Shown here in pieces: positions 19,918-29,505 of a stretch of 64,000 nucleotides of DNA. Origin of the DNA: Candidatus Cloacimonadales bacterium (GTDB taxonomy: Bacteria > Cloacimonadota > Cloacimonadia > Cloacimonadales > DAONDQ01); the NCBI GenBank assembly GCA_963662275.1, contig OY759316.1:3424001-3488000 (forward strand). Reading direction: 5' to 3'. A program made the position numbers and the translations under genes. Each line of letters begins with the position of its first letter. Within the stretch, counting starts at the first letter, position 1. A model generated the notes under the pieces. That model made no database searches. It worked only from the letters and a program-made list of their open reading frames with translations, and was not told the DNA's origin.

Positions 19918-20010
19918 GCGTGGAGTAGGATTCCGATCCTACTGAACACAAGACTGCCGGGGACGTCAGTCCCTACGACCAAAGACTGCCGGGGACGTCA
20001 GTCCCTACGA
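19918..20010. repeat. REP-like cluster: a GTGG hairpin plus two identical 29-bp GTAG REPs (period 32)
   Basis: GCGTGGAGTAGGATTCCGATCCTACTG; AAGACTGCCGGGGACGTCAGTCCCTACGA at 19950 and 19982. Confidence 0.85.
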
Positions 20011-20676
20011 AATTCTTGCAACGCATTCCTCTCCTTCGTTTCGTACATTTGAAACGAAGGTCGAAACCGGATAGGCTTCCATTTCCCGATTGGCTAATGG
20101 AAGCAGAAGTTTGGAAAGCAGTACAGGATCCTGGTTCCAGTAGCTGAGCCATGCTTTTTCAGTATCTGGGGTAAGAATAACCGGCATACGTTCATGAATA
20201 GGTTTCATAGTTTCATTTGCAGCACAGGTAATAATGGCTAAGGTTTGAATTTCACTGCCATCTGCACCGAGCCAGCGATCCCAGATGCCCGCAAATGCAA
20301 AGTGACCACGCTCTGTGGGATGAATAAAGTAAGGCTGTTTCGAGGGCTTCTGCCATTCATAGAAACCGGAAGCAGGTATGATACATCGTCTGCGTGTTAT
20401 CGCAGACTTGAAGGTAGGCTTTTCCAATACACTTTCCGCTCGCACATTGATCATTTTATATTGCGTTTCAGCAGTCTTCGACCAGGATGGTATCAACCCC
20501 CACTGGAAATAAGTGAGCACATTTCCCTTCGTAGTTGAAATAAAAGACGGTATCACATTCGTTGGTGCTATATTGAAATGAATGGGTATCTGCTCATCCC
20601 GATTCTGAATATCATATTCATCCAACAATTTCTTCAACTGATCATACTTAAAGATTTGAGCGAAACGACCGCACAT
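20005..20676 (-). CDS. SOS response-associated peptidase (SRAP/YedK/HMCES family, abasic-site crosslinking)
   Basis: N-terminal MCGRF, FNIAPT, WGLIPSW, INVRAES, GFYEW, IHERMPVIL. Confidence 0.95.
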   Translation of the reverse strand: MCGRFAQIFKYDQLKKLLDEYDIQNRDEQIPIHFNIAPTNVIPSFISTTKGNVLTYFQWGLIPSWSKTAETQYKMINVRAESVLEKPTFKSAITRRRCIIPASGFYEWQKPSKQPYFIHPTERGHFAFAGIWDRWLGADGSEIQTLAIITCAANETMKPIHERMPVILTPDTEKAWLSYWNQDPVLLSKLLLPLANREMEAYPVSTFVSNVRNEGEECVARIS

Positions 20677-20691
20677 GTGTACCTCCGGTAC

Positions 20692-21010
20692 AGGTTCTAG
20701 GTGTTAGGTGCTAGGTGTTAGGTTGCAGAGAAGAGCATCTGATCTCCCTCCCATTTGCAAAGGGAGGGATTAAGGGAGAGCTAGTTCTGGTCTGCTATTA
20801 TCAGCTACAAGCTTCTTCAAAGGGGGAGCAAGTTTTATCTGCAACTCCTCTGGAGTGATAGATGATAGCCCATAGCGTAAGCTATGGGTCAATAATGAAG
20901 AATGATATGAATCCCGAATGGATGCCACCTCCATCTCCACATTTCAATCGTTCCACCCCTGCAGGGTTTAGAATGTTTGGGGTTGATTCTTTACCCATAG
21001 CTTACGCTAT
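20692..21010. repeat. Mosaic repeat region: heptamer tract, CCCTCC..GGAGGG palindrome and an 18-bp IR element
   Basis: ATAGCGTAAGCTATGGGT (20872-20889) is inverted at 20993-21010; internal hairpin CCCATAGC-GTAA-GCTATGGG. Confidence 0.7.
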
Positions 21011-21086
21011 CATCTTCCTCTCTCACAGGGGCGAAAGGAATTCGCCCTATCCGCCTTAAAGAATAAGGCGCTCCAGTCTGACAATC

Positions 21087-23693
21087 TTAAATCTTAAATG
21101 ATTTGATTATCTCCGCTACTTGTGCTATCGCTTCATCTATCTTCTCAACGCTTTTACCACCAGCCATAGCTTGGTCGGGTTTACCACCGCCTTTGCCGTC
21201 AACGAGTTCAGCGATCTTGCCGGCAAGCTTGCCAGCAGGATATTTACCCATGAGATCAGGGGTAGAAACAACCAGCAAAGAGACTTTGCCTTCTATTTCA
21301 GAGAAGAGAACACCGATACCGGATTTGAGCTTCACTTTGAAGACATCCGCCAGGTTGCTGAGTTCCTTCACATTCTTCACTTTGAAGCGGGAAGCTACGA
21401 CCTTCATGCCATCTATGTCCATGGCTTTGTTCAGCAACTCTTCCAATTCAATGGCAGCAGCTTTTTGAGTAAGAGTATCCACTTCAGCCAATAAATCTTT
21501 TATCTCAATCTGCATCCTGTCAATTTTGGGAAGTACCTGCAATTCTGGGACACCCAGGGCAGAAGCGATATCTGTCTGTTTCTGTTCAAGTAAACGAATA
21601 TAGAGTTCGACTTTATCGCCTGTGATGGCTTCAATACGGCGTACACCGGAAGCGATGGATGCTTCGGAAGTGATTTTCACAGAACCTATCTCACCTGAAT
21701 TATGCAGATGTGTTCCTCCACAGAGTTCCATGGAGAAGTCACCGACTTTCACCACACGGACATGATCACCATACTTCTCTCCAAACAGAGCCATGGCTCC
21801 CAGTTTCTTGGCATCATCAATACCCATTTCCTGAACTTCCACAGATTGGCAGGCACGTATCTGTTCATTCACGATAGACTCGACCTTCTGCAGTTCCTCA
21901 TCCTTCAAGGCATAGAAATGTGTGAAGTCAAAGCGCAGGGCATCGGCTGAAACCAGCGAACCCTTCTGCTGCACATGCTCTCCCAAGACTTGGCGTAAAG
22001 CCGCATGAATAAGATGCGTGGCAGTGTGATTACGGGCAATGCGCAAACGCTGGTAGGAATCCAGCACTGCTTCATATGGAAGTTCGCTGATTCCGCCTTT
22101 CAAGATTTCACAGTAATGGATGGTGAGATCATGTTCCTTCCTAACGTCCAAAATGCGTATCTCTGACTCGTTATTCTTCAGTACCCCGTTATCTCCAACC
22201 TGACCACCGGATTCAGCGTAGAATGGTGTTTTATCGAGCACAATGCGTAAAATGCCATCTTCACCGATGGTATAGCGTAAGATCTTTGCTTCGATCATTG
22301 AAAGATCATAGCCTACGAATTCTGTCTTAGTGTTATCTATGAGAATTGTCCAATTCAGTTCTTCCGTTGTAGAAGTGAATTTGGATGATTCGCGGGCACG
22401 GGTACGCTGCTTCTCCATTTCTTCCTTGAAATCAGCTTCATTGACAGTGAGATTCCTCTCTTCTGCGATTTGAACCGTCAGATCGAATGGAAAACCATAG
22501 GTATCATAAAGCATGAAGGCATCTGCACCTGATATCTCGTTACCGACTGTGTTTTTCACGATATCTTCAAAAATGACCAAACCCTTATCCAGTGTCTGGT
22601 TGAATCTATCTTCTTCAGCCTTGATCACCATCTTCAAAAATGGCGCTTTTACTTTTAGTTCAGTGAAATGATGTCCCATCATCTCGACCAGTGTATCGAC
22701 CAGTTGATACAGGAAAGGCTCGTGGAAATTGAGCTTCCTGCCATGACGTGCCGCTCTTCTTAAAATACGGCGCAGCACATATCCGCGTCCTTCATTGGAA
22801 GGCATGCCGCCATCGGCAATGGCAAAGGAAAGGCAACGAATGTGGTCAGCAATGATACGGTGGGAAACACCTGTCTCTTCTGTGTAGGGAACCTTGCTCA
22901 ATTCTGCTACTTTCTCTAAAATAGGCAGGAAGGCATCTGTCTGGTAATTGGTTGATTTCCCCTGTAAGACTTGCGTGATGCGTTCCAGTCCCATACCGGT
23001 ATCCACATATTTATGCTGAAGCGGGTGCAATTCCCTGTCTTCAGTGCGATTATACTGGATGAACACGAGATTCCACAATTCCATGTAACGTTGGCAATCT
23101 CCGTTCACCTTGCATTCATGACCCGGGACATGCTGTTTATCACAGAATTCAATGCCTCTGTCGATATTGATCTCGGAGCATGGTCCGCATGGTCCGGTCT
23201 CCCCCATTTCCCAGAAATTGTCCTTATCACCATGATACGTAATATGGGTAGGGTCGATATCTGTGAGGGATTTCCACAATTCATGGGCATCATGATCAGA
23301 AGTATGCACTGTGGCATGAAGCAGTTCCTTGGGAAGTTTCCATTCCTGGGTGAAGAGTTCCCACGCCCAAACGATAGCTTCCTTCTTGTAATAATCACCA
23401 AATGACCAGTTTCCCAGCATTTCGAAGAAAGTATGGTGATAGCCGTCACGTCCCACTTCTTCCAGATCGTTGTGCTTTCCGCCAGCACGGATGCATTTCT
23501 GGCTGTTCACAGCACGTTTATAAGTGATAGGCACCTGCCCGAGGAATATATTCTTAAACTGGTTCATCCCCGCATTAGTGAATAACAGGGTAGGGTCATC
23601 ATGCGGTACGACGGAAGAAGACGGTTTATAGTCATGTCCTCTTTCCTTAAAGAAATCTATAAATTGTTGTCTGATCTCATTACTTGATAGCAT
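21087..23693 (-). CDS. alaS: Alanine--tRNA ligase
   Basis: DPTLLFTNAGMNQFK, HHTFFEMLGNWSFGDY, TPFYAESGGQ, NHTATH, ELCGGTH, GKGGGK. Start at MLSSN after AAGGAG. Confidence 0.99.
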   Translation of the reverse strand: MLSSNEIRQQFIDFFKERGHDYKPSSSVVPHDDPTLLFTNAGMNQFKNIFLGQVPITYKRAVNSQKCIRAGGKHNDLEEVGRDGYHHTFFEMLGNWSFGDYYKKEAIVWAWELFTQEWKLPKELLHATVHTSDHDAHELWKSLTDIDPTHITYHGDKDNFWEMGETGPCGPCSEINIDRGIEFCDKQHVPGHECKVNGDCQRYMELWNLVFIQYNRTEDRELHPLQHKYVDTGMGLERITQVLQGKSTNYQTDAFLPILEKVAELSKVPYTEETGVSHRIIADHIRCLSFAIADGGMPSNEGRGYVLRRILRRAARHGRKLNFHEPFLYQLVDTLVEMMGHHFTELKVKAPFLKMVIKAEEDRFNQTLDKGLVIFEDIVKNTVGNEISGADAFMLYDTYGFPFDLTVQIAEERNLTVNEADFKEEMEKQRTRARESSKFTSTTEELNWTILIDNTKTEFVGYDLSMIEAKILRYTIGEDGILRIVLDKTPFYAESGGQVGDNGVLKNNESEIRILDVRKEHDLTIHYCEILKGGISELPYEAVLDSYQRLRIARNHTATHLIHAALRQVLGEHVQQKGSLVSADALRFDFTHFYALKDEELQKVESIVNEQIRACQSVEVQEMGIDDAKKLGAMALFGEKYGDHVRVVKVGDFSMELCGGTHLHNSGEIGSVKITSEASIASGVRRIEAITGDKVELYIRLLEQKQTDIASALGVPELQVLPKIDRMQIEIKDLLAEVDTLTQKAAAIELEELLNKAMDIDGMKVVASRFKVKNVKELSNLADVFKVKLKSGIGVLFSEIEGKVSLLVVSTPDLMGKYPAGKLAGKIAELVDGKGGGKPDQAMAGGKSVEKIDEAIAQVAEIIKSFKI

Positions 23694-23791
23694 CAGTTTC
23701 TCCTTATTCCCATTTAACACAGATAATTAGCGTACTTAAGAAAAGCCCTGAAAAGGGAAATGAGTGTCAAGAAGAAAAAAAGAGATATTAT

Positions 23792-23830
23792 AAAAAAAAC
23801 CGTACGATCTCAAGTGAGATAGCACGGTTT
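23792..23830 (-). terminator. Likely intrinsic terminator
   Basis: Minus strand reads AAACCGTGCTATCTCACTTGAGATCGTACGG followed by T8. Confidence 0.65.
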
Positions 23831-23848
23831 ACATTAAAGATTAACTGA

Positions 23849-26482
23849 TTACTTTAGTAAAACTACTTTTTGGGTTGCCTTATATTTACCGGCGGTCATT
23901 CTATAGAAATAGACCCCACTGCTGACTGTTCTACCTTGGTCATCCTTGCCATTCCATACCAGGTGATGTTTTCCTGCATTCCATTCTTTTGAAGTGAGAG
24001 TGAGAACTCTACCACCTTTAGCGTTATAAATCGTGATATTCACAAAGCTGTCCGTTTTCAAATCAAACGAAATATTCGTTTGTGGATTGAAAGGATTTGG
24101 ATATGCCGGATTGAGCATTGTTAATGTTGGAATTACAGGAGTTGTATTTGGATCACCTTGCTCAAGAACATGAACAGACACCGGTCCATGGAATTCGTTA
24201 GTTCCGTTGAATTCGACACTCTGAAGCCAGTAGAAATAAATTCCTTCCTGGGTGATTTCATCATCCTGGAATTCATAACTATGTTGGGTTGAACTGTTTG
24301 TTCCATATAGCAGCGGTGAAACCAATATAGCATCAGGAAGAACATCTGATTCAGATCTATAGATATTATAGCCCAAAATATCGGTTTCAGACTGTGTAAT
24401 CCATTGCAGACAGACTACACCTTGCGTATTGAGAACTGCAGAAAAAGAAGACAGTTCCACGGGTAATGCTCCTTCAAACTGCTGTCCATCAGATCTGCCG
24501 ATGGTGAAAACACCTTTTGCACTACTCAGATTCTCTATATAGACAGAAATTGAGCGTCCCCAACCAAATCCCATTAACGGGGTTGAGCCTTGATAGATAA
24601 CAGGAGAAACTGGATTGCTCCAATTATTCCAGTTAAAATTATTGTCATCCTCTGCAGTCCAGGTGAAGTTATAGTTCTTTCCACCGCTTTGAGTACCGTT
24701 TAGTGTCCAAGAACGTTTAATCCTGTTGGGAAAGAACGTACCCGTATTGGACGTGGACACAGAAAAATCTGTAATATTCACATCATTTTCTGTTATTGTT
24801 AGGTATTGTCCGCCTGCATTGTAATATCCATCCACAGTCATTATACAACCCGGAGCAAAGGAACCGTTGGTAAAGGTGATATTTCCCGTAACCGTGAGTT
24901 TGTGTCCATCAGTATTAAAAACGCCGTTCTCTAAATGCAGGAAATTGCAGGTCAGGTCTGCTGAAAGAGTCAGTCCTGCAGCATTGTTTATATCAACATA
25001 ATTGGCAGCTGAAAGTCCGTTTCCGGTATTCTGAGCAGAAGAACCGCAGTAAAAATAATTCGCTCCTGAATCATAAGATCGGCTACCGGTTACCAGTATA
25101 TGCCCTTCTGTTCCGCTGGTTGTGATTCCAGATGAACTGGTTATATATAAATTACCTAGCGAACTCAGCATAAAATTAGGTTCATATCCTTCATCATAAG
25201 TTCCGCTGGCATTTTTAATCTTGTACGTACCTGGTTTTAAATAACCTCCTCCATCCACAGTAAAATATAAATGAGCATAGTATATGGAAGCATTGGTCGT
25301 ACCTATTTCAACATCGCTCTTCAGATTTAGGGTTCTTCCATTATTGACAGAAATATTCCATTTGCTTTGATATCTGTCTAAACCTGTCTTTAGCTTTATG
25401 TCAGATGACCTATACAACCCCAAGTTATTTGAAAAATATATATTCACATATCCGGTTCCTGAAGTAGTGCCATTATATGCTACGAAATTATCAGCATCCG
25501 CTCCCACGTTGAGACTTCCTTCGAGCCAAAGAGTGGTTATACTATTTGTATTTGTTGAGGCGATAAATGAGCCGGTCACAACTTCAAAATCCTCACCAAC
25601 ACTGAATGTAACCCCGCCGGATTTGGTCAGTGTTAAAGTACCTCCATCTATCTTGACACCTTTCTTCACATTGATCGTTGCATCGTTTATTCCGTTTTTA
25701 AGAACCAGTTTCCCTCTATTGATGGTCAAGTTTCCTTTGATATCTAGAGTTGTGGTCTCTGTTCCCATCAGCCGATATTCTGAATACCCGGTGTCATTGA
25801 CCGTGAAATCACCCTGGACATTTGTAAAGGCACCGCCTCCATTAACATCATCAGTTCCCGTCCATAAATCTATTACCACATTTCCCCAGGTTATACCTGA
25901 AGTTAGACCACCTGTACCCTGCGCAACGATTTTCAAGGTACCGTTTCCGTTTCCTCCATTATTGGAATCAGCAAAATAGCGGTTTGTGCCTGGAACTGTT
26001 CCATCATCCATACTGTGAATATAGGTTCCGCCACCATAGATGTAGAAGTTCGTTACATCGAGTCCCAAACTCCACAAGTATAATTCTCCCCCATCAAAAA
26101 CTTTTAATGTAGTAACTCGAACATCTCCATCGCTGTAAAATTGCCCATAAACATTTAGATAGGAGAATTTAGTGCTGTCTTGGGCGAGTAGATCAGACTC
26201 GACATTCAAAATACCACCAGCTTCAATGATAACTCCTGAACCTGTCCCATATTCTCCCAATCCGGCAAGATCATTGAACATGGAATGTCCGGATTGTACC
26301 ACCCAAACATCGTTATTGCTGATGTTAGTCCAGGTGGGAGCTGTTCCGGTTCCGTCCCTGGATGATCTGAAATTGTGAGGATTTGTAAAAGTACCGTTTG
26401 TACGTGAATACCAAGTATAACCAAATAAACCAATGTACGAAAATGTAAAAGCAACCATCATAAGCAACAGCTTCTTTGTCAT
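23849..26482 (-). CDS. Secreted beta-helix-like protein with LPVELSSF linker and FlgD/T9SS-A-like C-terminal domain
   Basis: Signal peptide; G/T/N-rich beta repeats; LPVELSSFSA..LQW.TQSE; AYPNPFNPQT..WNGKD..SSGVYFY. Confidence 0.85.
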   Translation of the reverse strand: MTKKLLLMMVAFTFSYIGLFGYTWYSRTNGTFTNPHNFRSSRDGTGTAPTWTNISNNDVWVVQSGHSMFNDLAGLGEYGTGSGVIIEAGGILNVESDLLAQDSTKFSYLNVYGQFYSDGDVRVTTLKVFDGGELYLWSLGLDVTNFYIYGGGTYIHSMDDGTVPGTNRYFADSNNGGNGNGTLKIVAQGTGGLTSGITWGNVVIDLWTGTDDVNGGGAFTNVQGDFTVNDTGYSEYRLMGTETTTLDIKGNLTINRGKLVLKNGINDATINVKKGVKIDGGTLTLTKSGGVTFSVGEDFEVVTGSFIASTNTNSITTLWLEGSLNVGADADNFVAYNGTTSGTGYVNIYFSNNLGLYRSSDIKLKTGLDRYQSKWNISVNNGRTLNLKSDVEIGTTNASIYYAHLYFTVDGGGYLKPGTYKIKNASGTYDEGYEPNFMLSSLGNLYITSSSGITTSGTEGHILVTGSRSYDSGANYFYCGSSAQNTGNGLSAANYVDINNAAGLTLSADLTCNFLHLENGVFNTDGHKLTVTGNITFTNGSFAPGCIMTVDGYYNAGGQYLTITENDVNITDFSVSTSNTGTFFPNRIKRSWTLNGTQSGGKNYNFTWTAEDDNNFNWNNWSNPVSPVIYQGSTPLMGFGWGRSISVYIENLSSAKGVFTIGRSDGQQFEGALPVELSSFSAVLNTQGVVCLQWITQSETDILGYNIYRSESDVLPDAILVSPLLYGTNSSTQHSYEFQDDEITQEGIYFYWLQSVEFNGTNEFHGPVSVHVLEQGDPNTTPVIPTLTMLNPAYPNPFNPQTNISFDLKTDSFVNITIYNAKGGRVLTLTSKEWNAGKHHLVWNGKDDQGRTVSSGVYFYRMTAGKYKATQKVVLLK

Positions 26483-26684
26483 AAAAACCATCCTTTCATT
26501 TTCTTGTTACTTGTTTTATTACTTTTCAAAATATGCTTGGATTATTGCTTAGTGTGGCATTAGAATGAATAATTGTTCATAGTCACAAAGCAGTTCCATA
26601 GCAATGCTACAATATTTACAATGATTATATTTTATTTATTTTCGTGTCAAGTTTTTTGTTGTAATGTATATCGTATTTGAAAGC

Positions 26685-28545
26685 GAGACTGTTCAAAATT
26701 AACCTCCATTTTACGCAGCCTTATTGGTAGTGACAGAGAAAAAGTGGTCTAAGTGCGACCAATCCACATTTTCTTGACATATGCGGGAGATATTTAAACT
26801 TGCTAAAAGTGATTCCTGACGCATGATTGGTTGACCTTTATCGACCAGTTCTTTGAACCAAAGCGAAAACACAAGGTTGCGGGTGGTTTCTTCAGATTTT
26901 AGTCCAAATCTACCGGATGTCACCTTCTTGATTTTGCGGTTCCAGCGTTCAGAGACATTGGAAGTCAAACCTTTGCTGAGGTGTCTCCAATCACTAATGA
27001 TATTGCTTTTGATGTATTCGGCGGCGGTTGGGGGAGTAATAGCTGTCAGGCTTGCGATACCCTTTTTCCTTCCGCCCGCCGTTTCTCTTCGGAAAGCTTT
27101 CATAATCCTCTTCTTAAAGAACTTGTCCCTGTCTTCAGGGAGATGACATTGACTGATTCTTTTGAAGAGATTTCGTATCTTATGGAACTTACAGAGTTGG
27201 TAATGGACTTTTGGAAACACTGTTTTTCTTGCAACTGCTAACGATTTACTGCCATCACTGACAATCAGGGTTGGATCTTTCCTGTAGAGCTGTCTGAAGG
27301 TTCTGAAACATGCTTCGAATGATTCTTTCTTTGTGTCAGGATACAACTCACAAAACAGAGGGATGTGAGTCACAAAATCAACAATACTGATGACATAGTA
27401 CGGAATACCTTTGATCTTCACATATTTCTCATCAATGCTGATCTTTCCGCTCCACTTACCGATTGAGTTCAGAATCAGGCTCTGCAGGTCAGCGATTTCA
27501 TGCCAGAGATTTGAGACTGTAGCTTTACAGGTGTTGAGCAGCAAAGCTATCGTCTCGAAGTTCATACCGCTTCCAACCAGGTAATGTACCAGCAGACACA
27601 GGTTCTTGCGTTCCAGACTATGGAACGGCTTTGCATCGGCGGTTCTATGGGATGTATTGCCTTTAGCAGTCTTCATTTGTTCCAGGAGTCTGTCACAGAT
27701 AACAGGTGTATTCTGCTGACCGGCAAGCAGTTTCAGCAGATGTACAGCATCACCGCCTACTGTCTTTTTCAGAAGAAGCTTCTGAGCTTGCTTAACTACA
27801 GACAGAGAATTGACCTGAGAAGCATATTTGCAGAAAGTGGTATAGGACATTTTAAAATCATGATGGCTGATGAACTCCTGATACATGACATTTAAAGGTA
27901 AAAGCAGGTTATTGATAACAAAATTCTCGATCTGAGGAATACACTCCAGCAGGTCAACTTTCCGGCTTAAATATGCCAGGATATCATGACCATGCTGCTC
28001 AAACTCTTGCCAGAAATTATGTACATTCCTGCGGTCTGCGTAGTTAAACAGATCAGCTATTTGCTGAAGTGTAAGGAGGTTGTCTCCGCCTATTCCTACT
28101 AATAAGCGTAGAAACGCTATTAAGAACTTGTGGTTTGATGTTGTCTCAGGCAAAGTGAATGAAAATGGTACGTTAATACTTACATGGTATTGGTTACTTT
28201 CATGACTAACACTTACCGCTTCTTGAATTGGAGTGTTTTTTTGTCATAATATCCTCCCTTTTGTTACCAGGTAACAAATGCCATTGAAGCTATAGCAAAA
28301 AACTTGTAAAGAACTATTTTATATGATTTTAACTACACATTTAGTCAGAAACGGCTTCGAAACATTACTTATAATCGCGTGTTTTTCAATTTTAGTCAAA
28401 AAGCTTAACTTGTGATTTGGTGTCCTTAGCAGAGCTTATCTGTCAATTCTGGAAGGTATGTTAAATTATGACCGTTTCGACCACTTTTTTCAACTTGCTA
28501 CTTTCTAACTTATTGAATATTATGAATAACTTCATGAACAGTCTC
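26685..28545 (-). mobile_element. Insertion sequence, 1861 bp, with 11-bp perfect TIR and 8-bp target-site duplication
   Basis: GAGACTGTTCA (26685-26695) and TGAACAGTCTC (28535-28545); TTGAAAGC at both 26677-26684 and 28546-28553. Confidence 0.95.
26711..28247 (-). CDS. DDE transposase (IS6-like core with CxxH insertion); the RBS-bearing ATG at 28247 is out of frame by 1 nt at an A7 run
   Basis: ISIDEKYVKIKG, LIVSDG, QLCKFH, TSNVSERWN. GGGAGGA-N4-ATG at 28247; the long frame opens at 28243. Confidence 0.88.
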
Positions 28546-28629
28546 TTGAAAGCTCTGCCATTATTCAGATAGATAGACTTAGGTAAGACTGCCAGCAAAC
28601 CTTATGGTTAATTGTTAAGTTAGTTTTAC

Positions 28630-29433
28630 TTAATCCAGCGGTCGTTTATTTTTGTGTTCTGCGATCCATTTCTTGGCTCTTGCTTGGATTTGTGATTTCT
28701 GGGTCGAGGTTAAATCATTGGTTATGCGATCTTCAGCTTGCTTTGCTGCAACATATTCTTTAGCAGAAGAAAGTAAATACCAAAAATATGCTTCAGGCTT
28801 ATTCTGAATTGTACCTTCACCATTTTCATAACATGTTCCTACAAGGTATTGCGCTTCAGGCTTCCCTTGTTTTGCTGCTTTGAGATACCACTTTAAAGCC
28901 TCTTTTTTATCCTGGACAACCCCTTCGCCCTTACTATAAGCATTACCGAGATAAATTTGTCCTACAGAACCTCCGTCTTTTGCTGCCTTGCCGTACCACT
29001 TGACTGCCTCTGATTTATCCTGAACAACCCCTGCGCCTATATCATAACAATATCCAAGATTATACTGAGCGCATGAATACCCTTGCACGATAGCCCAGCG
29101 AAACTTTGTTGCTTGATAAAACAACTTTACTGCTTCTTCTTTATTCTGAACAGCCCCTTCTCCCCTGATGTAACAAACCCCAAGATTGTTTTGCGCAAAG
29201 GCATATCCTTGTTCAGCAGACAACCGATACCACTTCACTGCTTTCTCAAAATCCTGATCGACCCCTTTTCCAAAATTATAGCAGCAGCCAAGGTTATATT
29301 GAGCTTTGGCATTTCCTTTCTCAGCAGATTGCTGTAAACCATCATAGTAACCGAAGTCGTAATAGTAATACAAATTGGCATGAACCATACCGATGGAAAG
29401 CAAGATAAAGAAGACTAAATAAATTCTACGCAA
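28630..29433 (-). CDS. Secreted Sel1-like repeat protein
   Basis: Repeats AQYNLG.CY..G.GV.QD..KAVKWY..AA.QG; signal peptide. Confidence 0.92.
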   Translation of the reverse strand: MRRIYLVFFILLSIGMVHANLYYYYDFGYYDGLQQSAEKGNAKAQYNLGCCYNFGKGVDQDFEKAVKWYRLSAEQGYAFAQNNLGVCYIRGEGAVQNKEEAVKLFYQATKFRWAIVQGYSCAQYNLGYCYDIGAGVVQDKSEAVKWYGKAAKDGGSVGQIYLGNAYSKGEGVVQDKKEALKWYLKAAKQGKPEAQYLVGTCYENGEGTIQNKPEAYFWYLLSSAKEYVAAKQAEDRITNDLTSTQKSQIQARAKKWIAEHKNKRPLD

Positions 29434-29505
29434 ATTACACCTCTGATTTGAAGTTAAAATTTCACTTTCCCGGAAAGGGATTGAGCAATCTCAGTATTTT
29501 AAAAT

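Noticed and set aside
19950..20010. Tandem 29-bp repeats (also the 30-bp pair at 49529 and the 32-bp-period pair at 34693) as mini-CRISPR arrays
   Set aside because: The gaps are only 3-10 nt, far too short for spacers, and none is complementary to the tracr anti-repeat.
20862..21059. 65-aa ORF (likewise 1642-1953, 2146-2385 and 2317-2538)
   Set aside because: They overlap repeat elements or gene fragments and show no protein features.
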